Origin: Acidimicrobiia bacterium
GTDB taxonomy: Bacteria; Actinomycetota; Acidimicrobiia; Acidimicrobiales; Aldehydirespiratoraceae
DNA: 31,338 nucleotides
Direction: 5' to 3'
Assembly (NCBI GenBank): GCA_022824605.1
Contig: JAJDZO010000028.1
Location: forward strand, 1 to 31,338
A program made the translations under genes and the position numbers. The first letter of the stretch is position 1, and the number at the start of each line of letters is the position of its first letter. This document shows, piece after piece, positions 22,597 to 31,020 of this stretch. Below the pieces are notes generated by a model, which was not told the DNA's origin, did no database searches, and saw nothing but the letters and a program-made list of their open reading frames with translations.

Positions 22597-23231
22597 GCGC
22601 GGAACCCCTGATGGCTGAGGTCGACCACGCAGTCGACGCCGACGGTCACGATCACGATCCTCACGCCACTACCACCGGCCTGTCGCACACCAAGCTGGCC
22701 ATGTGGGTGTTCCTGGGTTCGGAATGCCTGCTCTTCGGCGGGCTGATCTCCACCTACCTGCTGTACAAGACCCGCGGCAACGGCCGCACGCTGCCCACCG
22801 ACGTGTTCGACATCCCGTTCACGTCGGTGAGCTCGTTCGTGTTGCTGATGAGTTCGCTCACCATGGTTCTGGCCCTCTCAGCGGTGTCGCGCGGCGAACC
22901 GGAGGCCGGCCGCACCTGGCTGTTGGCCACGGCCCTGTTGGGCGGCGTGTTCGTCGGCGGGCAGGTATACGAGTTCACCGCATTCGTGCGTGAGGGGGTG
23001 GCCTTCACCACCAACCCGGCCAGCAGCGCCTTCTTCACCCTCACCGGCTTCCACGGCGTGCATGTGAGCCTCGGCATCGTGATGCTGATGTCGTTGTTCG
23101 TCGCCTCGCTGAAGGGCAAGCTCACTCAACGCAACTCCGAGACGGTTGAGATCGTCGGCCTCTACTGGCACTTCGTGGACATCGTGTGGATCTTCATCTT
23201 CACGGTGATCTACCTGATTCCCGCCGACTGA
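22593..23231 (+). CDS. ctaE: Cytochrome c oxidase subunit III
   Basis: WVFLGSECLLF, LTGFHGVHV, GLYWHFVDIVW. Confidence 0.96.
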   Translation: MSAEPLMAEVDHAVDADGHDHDPHATTTGLSHTKLAMWVFLGSECLLFGGLISTYLLYKTRGNGRTLPTDVFDIPFTSVSSFVLLMSSLTMVLALSAVSRGEPEAGRTWLLATALLGGVFVGGQVYEFTAFVREGVAFTTNPASSAFFTLTGFHGVHVSLGIVMLMSLFVASLKGKLTQRNSETVEIVGLYWHFVDIVWIFIFTVIYLIPAD

Positions 23232-23235
23232 CCCC

Positions 23236-23322
23236 ATGAGCAATACCCTCACATGACCGACACGATCCGATGACCGACCCCATTGCCATGAGCGACCCGA
23301 TCCGATGACCGACACCGTTGCC
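23236..23322 (+). repeat. Five degenerate 17-18-bp ATGA-initial tandem units encoding three chained micro-ORFs
   Basis: Units at 23236, 23253, 23270, 23288, 23305; ORFs MSNTLT*, MTDTIR*, MTDPIAMSDPIR*. Confidence 0.85.
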
Positions 23323-23658
23323 TACGATCATTCCGAAGCGGCTGCCACCGCCGGCGAGCACCATGACGAGGAGGGCCATTCCCACCCGTCGGACTGGGCC
23401 TACGTCAAGATCGCCATCGCTCTCGCCGTCATCACCGCGCTCGAGGTGTTCACCTACTTCGAGACGGTTCTCGACTGGGGCGTGGCGCTGGTGCCGTCGC
23501 TGATCTTCATGATGATCGTCAAGTTCTATTTGGTGGCCACCTGGTTCATGCACCTGCGCTTCGACAGCAAGCTGTTCGGCCGGATGTTCAGCGCCGGTCT
23601 GATCCTGGCTGTCGGCGTGTATCTGGTGACCCTGACGGTCTTCGAATTCTGGGTGTAG
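23305..23658 (+). CDS. Cytochrome c oxidase subunit IV (caa3/QoxD-like)
   Basis: Three helices; YVKIAIALAVITALE, K..LVA.WFMHLRFD motif. Confidence 0.9.
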   Translation: MTDTVAYDHSEAAATAGEHHDEEGHSHPSDWAYVKIAIALAVITALEVFTYFETVLDWGVALVPSLIFMMIVKFYLVATWFMHLRFDSKLFGRMFSAGLILAVGVYLVTLTVFEFWV

Positions 23659-23727
23659 CCCAGAGGCCGAGCGGGTGAACAGCATCCATGCGAGTCTCGC
23701 GACGAGTTCAGCGAGGCCGTGGCCCGA

Positions 23728-23758
23728 GCGGCCCGTGAGCGCAGCGAACAAGAGCGGG
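23728..23758. repeat. 31-bp REP-like element
   Basis: 30/31 identical to 14204-14234; ends 2 nt before ctaG ATG. Confidence 0.85.
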
Positions 23759-23760
23759 AC

Positions 23761-24669
23761 ATGGTGAGCGCGCTGGCCGCGACCGACGCCTGGCGCTTCC
23801 AGTTCCACCCGGAGGTGTGGCTGATGGTGGCCGCGGTGGTCGGCCTCGGCTTCTACGTGGTCCGTGTGGTGGCCCCGGTCGCCGCTCCGGCCGCAACGGA
23901 GGCCGTTGGTAGGCGCCAGCGGCTGTGCTTCGTCGCCGGTGTTGTGCTGCTTTGGGTGTCGGCGGACTGGCCCATGCACGACATCGCCGAGGAGTACCTC
24001 TACTCGGTGCACATGGTGCAGCACCTGCTCATCAGCTTCGTGGTGCCGCCGCTGCTGCTGATGGCTGTGCCTGAATGGCTGGCCCGGCTGATCCTGGTCG
24101 AGGATTCCCGCACGGCGAGGGTCATTCGCCGTCTGGTGCATCCGCTGGTGGCCGGGGTGGTCTTCAACGCGCTGCAGGGGTTGATGCACTGGAGCACTCT
24201 GGTGGAGTATTCGGTGCGCAGCGGCCCCTTCCACTACGCCATGCACCTGCTGATGTTCGCCAGCGCGCTGGCCATGTGGATGCCCGTGGTCGGACCGCTG
24301 CGGGAGCTGCACCTCTCGGAGCCGATGAAGATGGTGTACCTGTTCGCCATGTCGATCGTGCCGACCGTGCCGGCCGCCTGGCTCACCTTCGCGGAGGGCT
24401 CGGTCTACCCCGTCTACGACCACGCCCAACGGCTGTGGGGCATCTCGGTGACGGCCGATCAGCAGGCGGCCGGCGCGGTGATGAAGGTGCTGGGCGGCCT
24501 CTACCTGTGGACTCTCATAGCCATCCGGTTCTTCCGCTACTCGACCGCGCAGCGCCACGCCGACGCGGCCGAGCGACGCCGGCGCCTCGCGGCCGACACC
24601 ATCACCACCGCCGATGTGGAGGCCGAGTTCGAGCGACTGGGACCCCCGCCCACCGAACCCCGTCTCTAG
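23761..24669 (+). CDS. ctaG: caa3-type oxidase assembly factor CtaG
   Basis: WPMHDIAEEYLYSVHMVQHLL..PPLLL, HLLMF..A..MW.PV, DQQAAG..MK. Confidence 0.92.
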   Translation: MVSALAATDAWRFQFHPEVWLMVAAVVGLGFYVVRVVAPVAAPAATEAVGRRQRLCFVAGVVLLWVSADWPMHDIAEEYLYSVHMVQHLLISFVVPPLLLMAVPEWLARLILVEDSRTARVIRRLVHPLVAGVVFNALQGLMHWSTLVEYSVRSGPFHYAMHLLMFASALAMWMPVVGPLRELHLSEPMKMVYLFAMSIVPTVPAAWLTFAEGSVYPVYDHAQRLWGISVTADQQAAGAVMKVLGGLYLWTLIAIRFFRYSTAQRHADAAERRRRLAADTITTADVEAEFERLGPPPTEPRL

Positions 24670-24844
24670 CGCGGCCGAGCGACGCCGCAGCCCCGGTCCG
24701 TCGAATCGGGTAAAAGTTGATCGGATTTGTCGGGTTTCGGCGTGGAAACCTCTACAGTGCGTTGTCACCGGCGCGACCGAGGCGCGCAGCCCCGAGGTCG
24801 TGCCGGCCATTTCCCGCCACCGACTAGAGGAGACGACCAACACC

Positions 24845-25411
24845 ATGACCACTGCAACCGCAACCGCAACCGTCGACAACGGCGTCAACGTCCAACACCT
24901 GTTGGGGGCTCGTGAAGCCCTCTCCGAGGCACGCGACGCGGCCCAGTTCACCTGGAAGGCCACCAACGAGTGGATCAACGGCACCCACAGCCGATCCTCG
25001 GTGGACAGCTACCACGGGCTCGGCGCCGAGCACCAGCATCGTTCCGCTTTCAGCTTCGAGGCCGATCACCCCCTGGTGTTCGGCGCGGAGGACAACGCAG
25101 CCACTCCCGTCGAGCTGGTACTGGCCGGGCTGGCCAGCTGCCTCACCGCCGGCGTGGCCGCCGTGGCCCAGAACCGTGAGATCCAACTGCGGTCGGTGAA
25201 GGCCACCCTCGAGGGCAGCATGGACATCCTGGGAATCCTCGGCGGCGACCCCGACGTCCGCAACGGGTTCAACGACGTGAAGGTCTCCTACGACATCGAC
25301 GCCGACGCCACGCCCGACGAGATCCGGGCGCTGGTGGCGCAGTCCCAGAAGCGGTCGGCGGTGTACGACATCATCACCAACCCGACCAACGTCAGCGTCG
25401 AGGTCAACTGA
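24845..25411 (+). CDS. OsmC/Ohr-fold protein with a single cysteine
   Basis: AGGAGA RBS; ADHP..FG..NA.TPVE..LAGLASCLTAG, GILG.DPDVRNGF, SQKRSAV. Confidence 0.88.
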   Translation: MTTATATATVDNGVNVQHLLGAREALSEARDAAQFTWKATNEWINGTHSRSSVDSYHGLGAEHQHRSAFSFEADHPLVFGAEDNAATPVELVLAGLASCLTAGVAAVAQNREIQLRSVKATLEGSMDILGILGGDPDVRNGFNDVKVSYDIDADATPDEIRALVAQSQKRSAVYDIITNPTNVSVEVN

Positions 25412-25454
25412 TCACGGGCCTGCGCCTGCACCGTCGAGGCAGTCCGGTGGCTGC

Positions 25455-26705
25455 ATGAGGACCACGACTGTCGTGGTGGGGGCCGGGCACTCCGGCCTGG
25501 CTGTGAGCCGGCGCCTCACCGAACGCTCGATCGACCATGTGGTGATCGAGCGCGGTGAGGTGGCCAACTCGTGGCGCACTCAGCGGTGGGACTCGCTGCG
25601 GCTGCTCACACCCAACTGGCAGACCCGACTGCCCGGCTATTCCTACGGACGCTGCGGCGGTGATGATCCCGACGGCTTCATGTCGATGCCTGAGGTCATC
25701 GGCTTCATGTCGGACTACGCCCGGTTCATCGACGCTCCGGTCCGTGGTGGCACGACGGTCACGTCCGTGCGGCGCCGCGGCGGCGGCTACATCGTCGACA
25801 CCGACCGGGGCCGCTGGGAATGCGACACCGTGGTGCTGGCCTCGGGCGGGTTCAACACGGCCAAGGTTCCCAGCTTGGGCGGTGCGTTGCCTGCGTCCAT
25901 TACCGCTCTCGGCGCGTTCCAGTACCGCAATCCCGACGGTCTGGCCCCCGGTGGCGTGCTGGTGGTGGGCGCCTCGGCCACCGGAGTGCAGATCGCCGAT
26001 GAGATCCACCGCTCGGGCCGCCCCGTCACCGTGGCCGTCGGCGAGCATGTGCGCATGCCCCGGCTGTACCGGGGCCGCGACATCCTGTGGTGGATGGAGC
26101 GCTCCGGCCTCAATGACGAGCGCTACGACGAAGTCGACGATGTGGTGCGGGTGCGGCGCACCCCGTCGCCGCAGCTGGTGGGCACACCCGAACGGGCCAC
26201 CCTCGACCTCAACGCCCTCACCGACACCGGCGTGCGCCTTGTAGGGCGGCTTGAGGCGGTGCGGGGCAGCGAGGCCCTGCTGTCGGGATCGCTGGCCAAC
26301 AAGTGCGAGCTGGCTGACCTGAAGCAGGGCCGCCTGCTGGACACATTCGACGAGTGGGCTGCCGAGGGCGGCCTCGACGAGGTCGGGCCGCCGGAGCGGT
26401 TCGAGCCCACCCGGGTTCCGTCTTCGCCGCCTCTGAAGCTGGATCTGGCCGGCGGGGAGATCCGAACCATCGTGTGGGCCACCGGGTTCAAGCCCGACTA
26501 TTCGTGGCTGCATGTGCCCGTGCTCGACCACAAGGGCCAGATCCGCCACGACGGTGGCGTGGTGCGCGAGTCCGCAGGCCTGTACGTCCTAGGACTCAAC
26601 TTCCTGCGCAAGCGCAAGTCGAGCTTCATCCACGGCGCCGCCGACGACAGCCGCGACCTGGTCGACCACCTAGCCACCCACCTCGACTCACTCGTCGCCG
26701 CCTGA
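25455..26705 (+). CDS. FAD/NAD(P)-dependent oxidoreductase (flavin monooxygenase-like)
   Basis: VVGAGHSG, WDSLRLLTPNW, YRNP, VVGASATGVQIA, VWATGF. Confidence 0.9.
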   Translation: MRTTTVVVGAGHSGLAVSRRLTERSIDHVVIERGEVANSWRTQRWDSLRLLTPNWQTRLPGYSYGRCGGDDPDGFMSMPEVIGFMSDYARFIDAPVRGGTTVTSVRRRGGGYIVDTDRGRWECDTVVLASGGFNTAKVPSLGGALPASITALGAFQYRNPDGLAPGGVLVVGASATGVQIADEIHRSGRPVTVAVGEHVRMPRLYRGRDILWWMERSGLNDERYDEVDDVVRVRRTPSPQLVGTPERATLDLNALTDTGVRLVGRLEAVRGSEALLSGSLANKCELADLKQGRLLDTFDEWAAEGGLDEVGPPERFEPTRVPSSPPLKLDLAGGEIRTIVWATGFKPDYSWLHVPVLDHKGQIRHDGGVVRESAGLYVLGLNFLRKRKSSFIHGAADDSRDLVDHLATHLDSLVAA

Positions 26706-26760
26706 CCGATCCAACCGGCGCGAGACTGCGGCGTGTTGCGGAGGCGGGGGTTTGCCCGGG

Positions 26761-28317
26761 CTAGCGCTTGGGCTGGGGGGCGGTTCGGTGCTTGTGGATC
26801 TCCTCGTCGCGGTGGCGGTCCGCCGGGGTGCGCCGAGGTGGGATGGTGGGCGAGGGTGCTGAGCCGTTCCTGGAGGTGTCGGCGACGGGTCCGGGGCGGC
26901 GGTAGTAGTCGAACAGGCCGGCCTCGTCGAGAATCACCCGGTCGGTGTAGTCGTCGAACCACAGCGCCTCGGGGTTGCGTCCCACGATGGCCACCTTGCC
27001 CCGCTGGGCTGCGTCGCCAGGGCTGCGCAGCACCTTGAAGATCACGACTCCGTTCTCGGCGCCCGGCAATCCGGGGATCGGCTCGTCGGTGACGGCGGCG
27101 ACCTCGGTCTTGCCCTTGAAGTGCACGCAGGCGAGCCGGGCGTGGGCCTCCACCCCGGACAGCCCGCGCTGTGACTCGTTGAGGAGCCGCCAGGTTGTCT
27201 CGATGGGCACGTTGAAGGACTTGTAGGCCACGATGTTGCGCCCGCCGAAGAAGTAGTGGTTCTCGATGCCGGCTGACTTGAGGGTCCGCTGAAGGAGGCG
27301 CAGGGCGTCGGCGTCGTCGTTGACCCCCCGGATGATCGGCGACTGGTTCTCGACGCTGATCCATCCCCGCGACACCACCGCGTCTACGGCCCGACGCGTG
27401 CGGGGGTTCCACCGGAAGCGGCCCTGACCGTCGCAGGCGTAGCTGCCGTCGGGGCCCTTGGCTAGCAGTTCGTCGGGATGGTTGAAGTGCACCATCAGCC
27501 GCAGGGCCACATCGGGGTAGACCTCATGGAACCGGTCGATCATCGACAGGAACGCCGCGTCGAAGCGATCGGGATGGAAGGCCAGCTCCTTGGTCCCCAC
27601 CCGGATGGCCTCCGCGCCTGTCTCGGCCAGCGCGGCGAACCAGCCGGCCAGCTTGGAGTTGGGCAGCACCATCGGATCGCCGCCCGACAGCAGGATCTCT
27701 CGCAGCTTCGGCCGGCCCGTCTCGGGGTGGCGGCCGCCGTTGGCCTCCACCGCGACGTTGTGGGCCCGGATGTAGTCGGTCACCTCGGCCAGGTTGGCGA
27801 GGCCCTTCTTCTTGACGGTGCCGTCGGACCGTTCGATGTCCTTGCGGGCGATCAGCTCCTCGCGGTAGCAGAACCGGCAGTGGGCCGAGCATGTCGAGAT
27901 CACATACAGCAGGGCCATCTCGTACTTGTGCAGCAGCCCTTCCACCGGGCTGTAGTCGAGCTGGCCGCCCGGGTCCTCCTCGCCGTCGAGGTTCACGGTC
28001 TCGTCCGGCGACGCCTTCACCAGCTTCTGGAGTGCATCGCTGTGGCGGGCCATCTCGAAGTAGTGGCGGGTGATCTTGACCGGCATCCGGTCTTCGACGT
28101 CGCGACTGGTCCCCTTGAGCCGCTTCAGATCGGTGAGTTCGACCGGGGTGTAGAAGCCGCCCATGCCTTCGGGCGCGTTCCCCTGCATAAACGGGTCGAG
28201 GCCGTTGACGATCTGGCGGTCATAGCGCGGGTTCTCGACCTGATCGAGGACTGATCGCTCTCGATCGCTGGGTTCGTACTTCGGTCGGCGGGTGTTGGCG
28301 CGTGCTGTGGGTGTCAT
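26761..28317 (-). CDS. KamA-family radical SAM 2,3-aminomutase-like protein
   Basis: CSAHCRFCYR, LLSGGDP, IRVGTK, HFNHP, NQSPIIRGVND; AAGGGA RBS before ATG 28317; substrate unknown. Confidence 0.88.
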   Translation of the reverse strand: MTPTARANTRRPKYEPSDRERSVLDQVENPRYDRQIVNGLDPFMQGNAPEGMGGFYTPVELTDLKRLKGTSRDVEDRMPVKITRHYFEMARHSDALQKLVKASPDETVNLDGEEDPGGQLDYSPVEGLLHKYEMALLYVISTCSAHCRFCYREELIARKDIERSDGTVKKKGLANLAEVTDYIRAHNVAVEANGGRHPETGRPKLREILLSGGDPMVLPNSKLAGWFAALAETGAEAIRVGTKELAFHPDRFDAAFLSMIDRFHEVYPDVALRLMVHFNHPDELLAKGPDGSYACDGQGRFRWNPRTRRAVDAVVSRGWISVENQSPIIRGVNDDADALRLLQRTLKSAGIENHYFFGGRNIVAYKSFNVPIETTWRLLNESQRGLSGVEAHARLACVHFKGKTEVAAVTDEPIPGLPGAENGVVIFKVLRSPGDAAQRGKVAIVGRNPEALWFDDYTDRVILDEAGLFDYYRRPGPVADTSRNGSAPSPTIPPRRTPADRHRDEEIHKHRTAPQPKR

Positions 28318-28440
28318 GATTGTTGTGTCGTCCCTTGAGCGAGCGCCGGGGCCGTCCACCATGCGAGCCGGCTCCTCAGCACGGCCGCAGGTGTCGGTGC
28401 CGTCGTCGGCGCCGAATCGGGGACACGCCATCTTGGCACC

Positions 28441-28460
28441 TAATCCACAGCTGTGCAAAA
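28441..28460. promoter_or_regulatory. Inverted pair of DnaA-box-like 9-mers
   Basis: TAATCCACA (one mismatch to TTWTNCACA) and TGTGCAAAA (reverse complement TTTTGCACA, full match). Confidence 0.35.
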
Positions 28461-28532
28461 CGCGGCAGGCCGCGACCCGGCAAACACCGGGTGAAGTTCT
28501 TGTGAAACCGTTGAGCCGGTACCGTCTCCTCC

Positions 28533-29825
28533 GTGCTCGACCTGCGCCAGCTGAGGGCTGAACCCGACGCCGTCAAGGCCGGTGTCGCCCGCAGGGGCGA
28601 GCCCACCGCGCCCCTCGATGAGGTCATAGCCCACGACGAACGTCGCCGCCGCGTGGTGAGCGAGGCCGACGAGCTGCGGGCGGAGGTCAAGCGCATCTCG
28701 GCATCGGTGGGCGCACTGTTTCGTGACGGCCGAGCCGCTGAGGCTGAGGAGTTGCGGGCTCGCAGCCGCGAGCTGGGCGACCGCATCGACGAATTGGCTG
28801 CCGAGGCCGACCAACTGTCGGAGTGGATTCGCCGGATCCTGCTGTTCGTGCCCAACCTCCCGGCGGAGGACTGTCCAGACGGATCCGGCCCCGACGACAA
28901 CGTCGTGGTGCGAACCGTCGGCTACGACCCGGACGCGTACAGCGAGCATCAGCGGGTGCCGCACTGGGATGTCGGCACCGAACTCGGCATCCTCGACGTG
29001 GATCGGGCGGTGCGCATGTCGGGCGCCATGTTCGCCATGTACCGCGGGCTGGGTGCTCGGCTGGTGCGGGCCCTCATCGACTACGGGCTCGACCGCAACC
29101 GCGACGCCTACGAGGAGATCCGTCCGCCGACGCTGGTGCGCACCGAGACGATGACCAGCACCGGCCATCTGCCCAAGTTCTCCGACGATGCCTACCACCT
29201 TGAGCGCGACGGGCTGTGGGCCATCCCCACCGCCGAGGTTCCGCTCACGTCGCTGCTGTCGGGTGAGATCGTCGACGAGGAGGCCCTGCCGATCCGGTTG
29301 ATGGGCCACACGTCGTGTTTCCGGCGTGAGGCGGGATCGGCTGGTCGAGACACCCGCGGGCTGTTGCGGCTGCACGAGTTCGACAAGGTGGAGCTGTACG
29401 GGTTCTGCACGCCCGAGCAGGCTCACGACCTGCACGCCGAGATCCTCGAACGGGCCGAGGGAGCCATAGCCGATCTGGGATTGGCCCACCGGGTGCTTGA
29501 TCTGTGCGCCGCCGATCTGGGCGGTGCCTCGGCGCGCACCTTCGACATCGAGGTGTATGCGCCGGGAGCGGCGCGCTGGCTGGAGGTGTCGAGCGTGTCG
29601 TGGTGCCGCGACTACCAGACTCGCCGTGCCGACGTGCGCTATCGCCCGGCTGAGGGCGGACGCACGAAGATGATGCACAGCCTCAACGGTTCGGGGCTGG
29701 CCGTGCCCCGGGTGTGGGCCGCGCTGGTGGAGACCTACCGACAGCCCGACGGCTCGATCGCGGTCCCTGAGGCGCTGCAGCCCTACATGGGCGGTCTCAC
29801 GTCCATCGAACCCCGCGTGGCATGA
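28533..29825 (+). CDS. serS: Seryl-tRNA synthetase
   Basis: MLD N-terminus with coiled coil, PTAEVPL, CFRREAGSAGRDTRGL.R.HEF.KVE, E.SS.S.C.DYQ.RR, LNGSGLAVPR. Confidence 0.98.
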   Translation: MLDLRQLRAEPDAVKAGVARRGEPTAPLDEVIAHDERRRRVVSEADELRAEVKRISASVGALFRDGRAAEAEELRARSRELGDRIDELAAEADQLSEWIRRILLFVPNLPAEDCPDGSGPDDNVVVRTVGYDPDAYSEHQRVPHWDVGTELGILDVDRAVRMSGAMFAMYRGLGARLVRALIDYGLDRNRDAYEEIRPPTLVRTETMTSTGHLPKFSDDAYHLERDGLWAIPTAEVPLTSLLSGEIVDEEALPIRLMGHTSCFRREAGSAGRDTRGLLRLHEFDKVELYGFCTPEQAHDLHAEILERAEGAIADLGLAHRVLDLCAADLGGASARTFDIEVYAPGAARWLEVSSVSWCRDYQTRRADVRYRPAEGGRTKMMHSLNGSGLAVPRVWAALVETYRQPDGSIAVPEALQPYMGGLTSIEPRVA

Positions 29826-29946
29826 CGATCGCTACCGCCGACGACCGGGCCTGCAGGGTCCGTCTCGCGTCCATCGAATCCCGCTGACATGATGACCGCT
29901 ACCAACGGCCGGCGCTGCATGGGCACCGTCGCACCCCGCTGACATG
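29794..29946 (+). repeat. Degenerate triplication of the serS stop/next-start junction encoding two chained micro-ORFs
   Basis: 29794-29825 resembles 29862-29892; CCCCGCTGACATG recurs at 29934; ORFs 29822-29887 and 29889-29942. Confidence 0.8.
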
Positions 29947-30603
29947 GCCGGAGCGATCGCCTGGCTCGATCCCGTGCGTGAGGTGATCGAACCGGCACGA
30001 TTCGGTTCGGACCATCCGATGCGCACGGTCACCCGCCAGATCGGTGGCGGCGACGGCTGGTCGCCGCAGCGAGCGTCGTTCGTGGCCGGTGTATTCGATG
30101 AACTGAGCGTCGGTTGGCACGCCGATCACAGCAGCGACGTGAGGCTGGCCCCCTTGGAGGATGCGCTGGACCGGGGCGGCCTCGGCGAGGGCTGTCTGGT
30201 GGAGATCGGCTGCGGAACCGGTGCCGCTACGGAGCGCATCGCGGCTCGCCGCCCGGTGGCTGCGGCGATGGACCTGTCCCCGAAGATGCTGGCTCTTGCC
30301 GATCCGACGTTGGCGCCCTTCGTGCGAGCCGATGCTGGCGTGTTGCCGTTGGCATCGGCTTCGGTGGATGTGATGGTGCTGGTGAACATGTTCATGTTCG
30401 CGGCCGAATACGACCGGGTGCTGGCGTCCGATGGCCGGTTCGTGTGGATCAGCACCATGGGTGACGAGACCCCCATCTACCTGCCCCCCGACGAGGTGAT
30501 CGACCACCTGCCCGGCCGCTGGACCGCCACCGGCAGCCAAGCCGGCACCGGCCTCTGGCTAGTAGCCCGCCGGAACCTTGGGTCGCCCGGCGCACGAGGC
30601 TGA
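29944..30603 (+). CDS. Class I SAM-dependent methyltransferase
   Basis: VEIGCGTG, MDLSPKML, RADAGVLPLASASVD. Confidence 0.88.
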   Translation: MAGAIAWLDPVREVIEPARFGSDHPMRTVTRQIGGGDGWSPQRASFVAGVFDELSVGWHADHSSDVRLAPLEDALDRGGLGEGCLVEIGCGTGAATERIAARRPVAAAMDLSPKMLALADPTLAPFVRADAGVLPLASASVDVMVLVNMFMFAAEYDRVLASDGRFVWISTMGDETPIYLPPDEVIDHLPGRWTATGSQAGTGLWLVARRNLGSPGARG

Positions 30604-30675
30604 GCGGTCGAAGCTGAAGCTCGGCTCACATCGTGCCGGGCCGCATCAATCTCCGCACCGCTAAGGTTCGTCTCA

Positions 30676-31020
30676 GTGGTCACACCCTCGATCGAGCGCA
30701 GCACCACGGTTGACGCCACCGTCGGCACCGCAGTTCAACAAATCGTGCGCTGTTTCGCGCCCCTTCGAATCATTCTGTTCGGATCGAGGGCGCGCGGCGA
30801 AGCAGACACCGGCAGCGACATCGACCTCCTCGTCGTGATGCCGGAGGCTGCCGACAAGCACCGGGTCGCGGTGGCGATCCGGCGCGAGTTGCGGGACCTG
30901 CCCGCCAGCAAGGACATAGTTGTGGCCACTCCCGCCGAGATCGAACGCCGCGGCGACATTTCCGGGACGGTGCTGCACGAAGCACTTCAAACAGGAACAA
31001 CCGTCTATGGGCAACGATGA
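30676..31020 (+). CDS. Minimal nucleotidyltransferase (MNT), putative antitoxin
   Basis: IILFGSRARG...SDIDLLVV, KDIVV; overlaps HEPN gene by 14 nt. Confidence 0.92.
   Translation: MVTPSIERSTTVDATVGTAVQQIVRCFAPLRIILFGSRARGEADTGSDIDLLVVMPEAADKHRVAVAIRRELRDLPASKDIVVATPAEIERRGDISGTVLHEALQTGTTVYGQR

Noticed and set aside
23675-23767. Bridging micro-ORF between subunit IV and ctaG
   Set aside because: Its GTG is 16 nt from the upstream stop, so it is not coupled and such ORFs arise readily by chance; not counted
24854-24871. (GCAACC)3 microsatellite as a phase-variation switch
   Set aside because: Hexamer unit keeps the frame and only encodes a Thr-Ala linker
28318-28532. Riboswitch upstream of the KamA-like gene
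   Set aside because: No recognisable lysine, SAM, TPP, glycine or fluoride aptamer core; an Infernal/Rfam scan would settle it
26761-29825. EpmA/EpmB-like EF-P modification pair (KamA next to a class II synthetase)
   Set aside because: The synthetase is a full-length canonical SerS, not a truncated LysRS paralog, and efp is absent from the window
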